A stretch of 64,000 nt of DNA, taken from contig NW_004797486.1 of assembly GCF_000002075.1 (NCBI RefSeq), forward strand, positions 929,806 to 993,805, in the 5' to 3' direction. The notes below the pieces were generated by a model. It worked only from the letters and a program-made list of their open reading frames with translations. It had not been told where the DNA came from and did not search any database. The first letter of the stretch is position 1. Each line of letters opens with the position of its first letter. The position numbers and the translations under genes are program-made. This document shows, piece by piece, positions 60,268-64,000 of this stretch. The DNA is from Aplysia californica. Taxonomy: Eukaryota.

Positions 60268-60387
60268 CATTGCATGTTACATGAGGCGCCTGCCTTGACT
60301 TATCAAAGCATTGCATGTTACATGAGGCACCTGCCTTGACTTATCAAAGCATTGCATGTTCCGTGAGGCGCCTGCCTTGACTTATCA
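60268..60387. repeat. Tandem repeat, ~3 x 41 bp
   Basis: cattgcatgttacatgaggcgcctgccttgacttatcaaag at 60268, 60309, 60350. Confidence 0.9.
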
Positions 60388-60644
60388 GCGCATATGATAT
60401 GACTATGTTGTCTGTTAATAATTCTGTGAAATTTAGTGTTGTGAATAGTTCACATTTTTTATCATGTACAACATTCGCCTTTTAATGTATTGTAGCACAA
60501 TTTAACAAATTGGCGAGAGGGAACTCGGTACAGCATTTGTTGATCAACCTGGGTTTTTCAAAAGTGTTCTTTATCAAATGCCTTACAGTTTTTAAGTGAG
60601 CAGCTTATTTTGAAAGACCAAGAGGGATACAAAACGTGTTCTGA

Positions 60645-60896
<252 letters not shown>

Positions 60897-63189
60897 TAAT
60901 GTTGGTTTTACTTTTGTTTTACAGAGATATAAAAAATAACAGTCTCAAACTTTTGGAGTCTAAATTATTACTTTCAAGTAAAACAGTACCTATGCAAGTT
61001 TCATGTGTGCGACTGAAAATGGATGTGTACATGTTTTGTGTCAATGTTAGATTTCTTAATGTTGGTTCTGTAAACTTGCACTATGATCAGACATGATGTA
61101 AGAGGGTTTCCAAGAGATCTTTCAGACAAAAATAAATCTTCACTTTATTTTGTTATAGAGTTTATGACTATTACCATCAGTTTGTAGTCTTTAAACATCA
61201 GTGACCAGCCAGGAGCATGGCTCTGTTGTCATAAGGGAAAAACAACGAATAGTCTTGTGCAGATAGTGAAACGAATTTTTCAGGAGAGGCAAAAAGTGTT
61301 TTCAATATATAGCTTTTATTTTTTATTCTTAAAAGCTATTATTCACCAGAGATCTGGTTAAGGTGTTCATAAACGTGTTTCAAAAGTTTGAATTGTTTAC
61401 GCTGAAAAGATGCAAGTTATTTGCCTTTCATTGTTCTCCCTTACACTGCGAAGCCGCAGGTGAGCCTTGCGTTATAAACAAAAACATCGAAGGGTATGGT
61501 GGGGTGTTCTCCCTTATACTTGTAAATTGTTATGGGCGTAGACGATGGTCAGGTTATGACGCATCCTCGACAGTAATGATTGAGCACGGGTTACTGCAAA
61601 TAAAAAAAAAGACAACTTGCTATTATATGTATAAAGTTAGGTGTCTATTATTAAAGAATCCTTGATTCTTATAATTTTTTCCACTGTGTTGGTTCACAGG
61701 CTGTTCCGTTGCATTACAGCCATTATTATACACATGTAATCAGTCCCATCTTCTAAATCCCATTTTCCATATCCCATATCCTAATTGTAACTCTGTAAAC
61801 GTGCTTCATTTCCCTTCCTCTCTTGGTTAAATACTACTCTGGTAATGTCCAAATCAGGTGTGTTTTTCAAACACACGTTTTCAACATCTGGATGTAAACT
61901 GTTTAAATCGGAATCAAGGTTTGGTCTCTATGACATTTCTTTATTGTATTCTCTTCAGAAGCGAGTGTTACTTTTATTTTCGCAAGTTGCAAAATTCTTC
62001 CAGCACAACCAAAGGGATCCATAATGTTGGGATGTAAATATAGTTAGATCATCACAGTCAAAGTCAAACAATGGGGACAATGCTGAATGAGCAATGATCC
62101 TTCACTGATCAACCATTCGTTGTTCTCCCATACACTGCGCTCTGGCCCGGAACTCGCCAGTATAAGGGAAAATGACAAATTCTCTATTACAAAACAACGG
62201 AAGAGGATATGACAAAAATCTTTATCCTGTTTGGTGCAGAATTAACACTTACAGTACAGTACCGAAGGCTCATATAGTGAAAAACCCTTGGGTACTGCTC
62301 CAGTTTAGAACGCTGAAGCCGTGGTAAAAATTTTTTAATCAGAAAAACATTGGCAGCCCAAGAAACAGGCTTTCAAAATTGAGAGAGGTTCATCAACCCT
62401 TCAGCTATCATATAGAGTAACTTCTTTTGGTACTTACTTCAGTGCTGTGTTCCCATTCGTTGTTTAATTATGTTTAGTGTGCCTGGGTGCGTCGGTTACT
62501 TAAGTCGCTAGAGGTAGTGAACACATACTAAAGCCTGGCGGCTGAAGTCGCCGACGGTACTGTAAGTGTTGAATGCTCTCTGATATTATGTAAACTTTTT
62601 TTTTTTAATTTAAAAGTTTTGACCTTTGATCATTTTCCCTATGCCTGTGAAAAAAGCATTCTCATCTCTGAGATTGATTGGAATACTTTAGTTTTAGCAA
62701 ATATACCGTGTTGCAAAAGTTCTGTCACACCCACCTTCAAATTTGATTTACTGCTACAAAACATCTGTTCATTGACTGAATCAATGTCCTTATGGTTGCT
62801 TGAGGAATCCCCTGCCATTCCTTGTGAAGTGCAGCCTTCAGTTCCTGGCGAGTTTGTACTGGGTGTGGCCTGTTTTTAACCTTACCGTCAAGGTCATCTT
62901 TCAGATGTTCTGTTAGGGTTAAGGCCTATTAATCTTGCAGGCCAGTCCAGAACATTGATTTAATGAGTTGGAAAGAGTTTTGACTGGTCATGGCCACATG
63001 GGGTCGGGCGTTGTCGTTTTGGCACATTCCATTATCCCTGCAATGTTTACTTCAATGAAAGCTTTCCCTATCACTGGTGTTGAAGGGAGCAAGTATATTT
63101 TTTGAGCATCTAAAAGGATATTTGAAATACCCTACGAGTTAATGTAAAGAAAATGCACTTTTTCTTTTAATGTTCATTACAAATTAATT

Positions 63190-63248
63190 GTCTCCCAAAG
63201 CCCAACCAGGTCCACGTCCCGGGAGGTGGAAACGGGACAAAGTAGGGG
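63190..63248 (+). ncRNA. Degenerate HDV-like ribozyme motif
   Basis: P1 GTCTCCC/GGGAGGT, L3 TCCACGT, P1.1 CC/GG, J4/2 CAAA; P2 and P3 carry mismatches. Confidence 0.45.
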
Positions 63249-63666
63249 ATTGCTAGGTTCAACGAAGTATGGTGTGGCTTTATGCCACTGAAACACGCAG
63301 AGTTCCTCATAAATGATTATGGAATCATTTTCTAGTTTCATCAAGTTCCCTGCTTTTTCATCCTCAGTGCAAATGACTTTGTTCTTTTCATTTATTCCAA
63401 TTCAAAAGTGTCTTGATCTGCTTATTAATGTTGTCTATCTTAGTTTATGTTGAAGGAAAAGTTGATGCCCTGAATTCACATAGAAAAAAAGGGGAAGTGT
63501 TTAAAAAAGATTTCTTTCCCTGTGGTAAATGTATGTGAAGTTAGAAACTGTGTTGTCTTTTTAGCGTTGTGTTGCAGTGCCTTCCCAGAATTTATGGCTA
63601 TTTTTTCCTCAGTGAACTGAACTTACACTGAAAGGAACTGTAAGACAAACTTGTATTTGTTCACAG

Positions 63667-63808
63667 GGCAAATTCACTTTCAAGAACGGCCGTATCTATG
63701 AAGGTCTCTTTGAGAAGGATCACATTGTAGAGTACCCAGATTTCACCATGGATGGATCTGCATCTCCTGACATGACCCAAATCCGGACCAGGACCCCGGT
63801 GCCCACAG
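63667..63808 (+). CDS. RSPH10B: RSPH10B exon 8 (GKFTFKNGRIYEGLFEKDHIVEYPD...); gene continues beyond window
   Basis: TFKNGR.YEG.F..DHI motif; cag acceptor, probable donor gtggat. Confidence 0.88.
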
Positions 63809-64000
63809 GTGGATTTCACCTTCTTTCTTCTTTTCAATCCTGCATACCAATGACTAAGTTTTAAGCCTGGATGGTCTACTTTATCTTGCAATCCTGCAAG
63901 CAAAATGCAAATGAATGGGAGAGAACTCACTAAAGACTTTCATGACTTTTCTTGCTTGCTGTCAGATTGATGGTAAATGTTTTACAATAGACACAATTTA

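Overview
Eukaryotic (invertebrate animal, most likely mollusc; inferred from repeat families and gene structure) genomic DNA with several N-gaps. Genes read by hand from splice signals: (1) a complete 6-exon ITGB1BP1/ICAP-1-like PTB-domain gene on the minus strand (51286->40434, 184 aa), head-to-head with (2) the first 8 exons of RSPH10B (MORN-repeat radial spoke head protein, + strand, from 51923, running off the window); (3) an orphan gene whose ~3,480-aa low-complexity protein is almost all in one >10-kb exon (18298-28742), probably started by a 10-nt coding micro-exon at 5662; (4) a possible divergent two-exon 74-aa small-protein gene (5451->3531). The 12.6-kb intron of gene 3 is a stack of nested transposons: RTE LINE relic, MITEs, two different I/Nimb-clade LINEs and a Sola1 DNA transposon with a 4-bp TSD. 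Elsewhere are a HERO-like LINE relic, a second Sola1 relic, tRNA-derived SINEs (one family shares its 3' stem-loop with the Nimb-like LINE), MITEs and tandem repeats. Best candidate for an undescribed system: the two diverged LINEs share a ~300-nt covarying RNA fold with a terminal pseudoknot ending exactly 22 nt before the ORF1 AUG in both, which suggests an IRES-like element. A degenerate HDV-like ribozyme lies in an RSPH10B intron. All family assignments come from motif recognition, not database searches.
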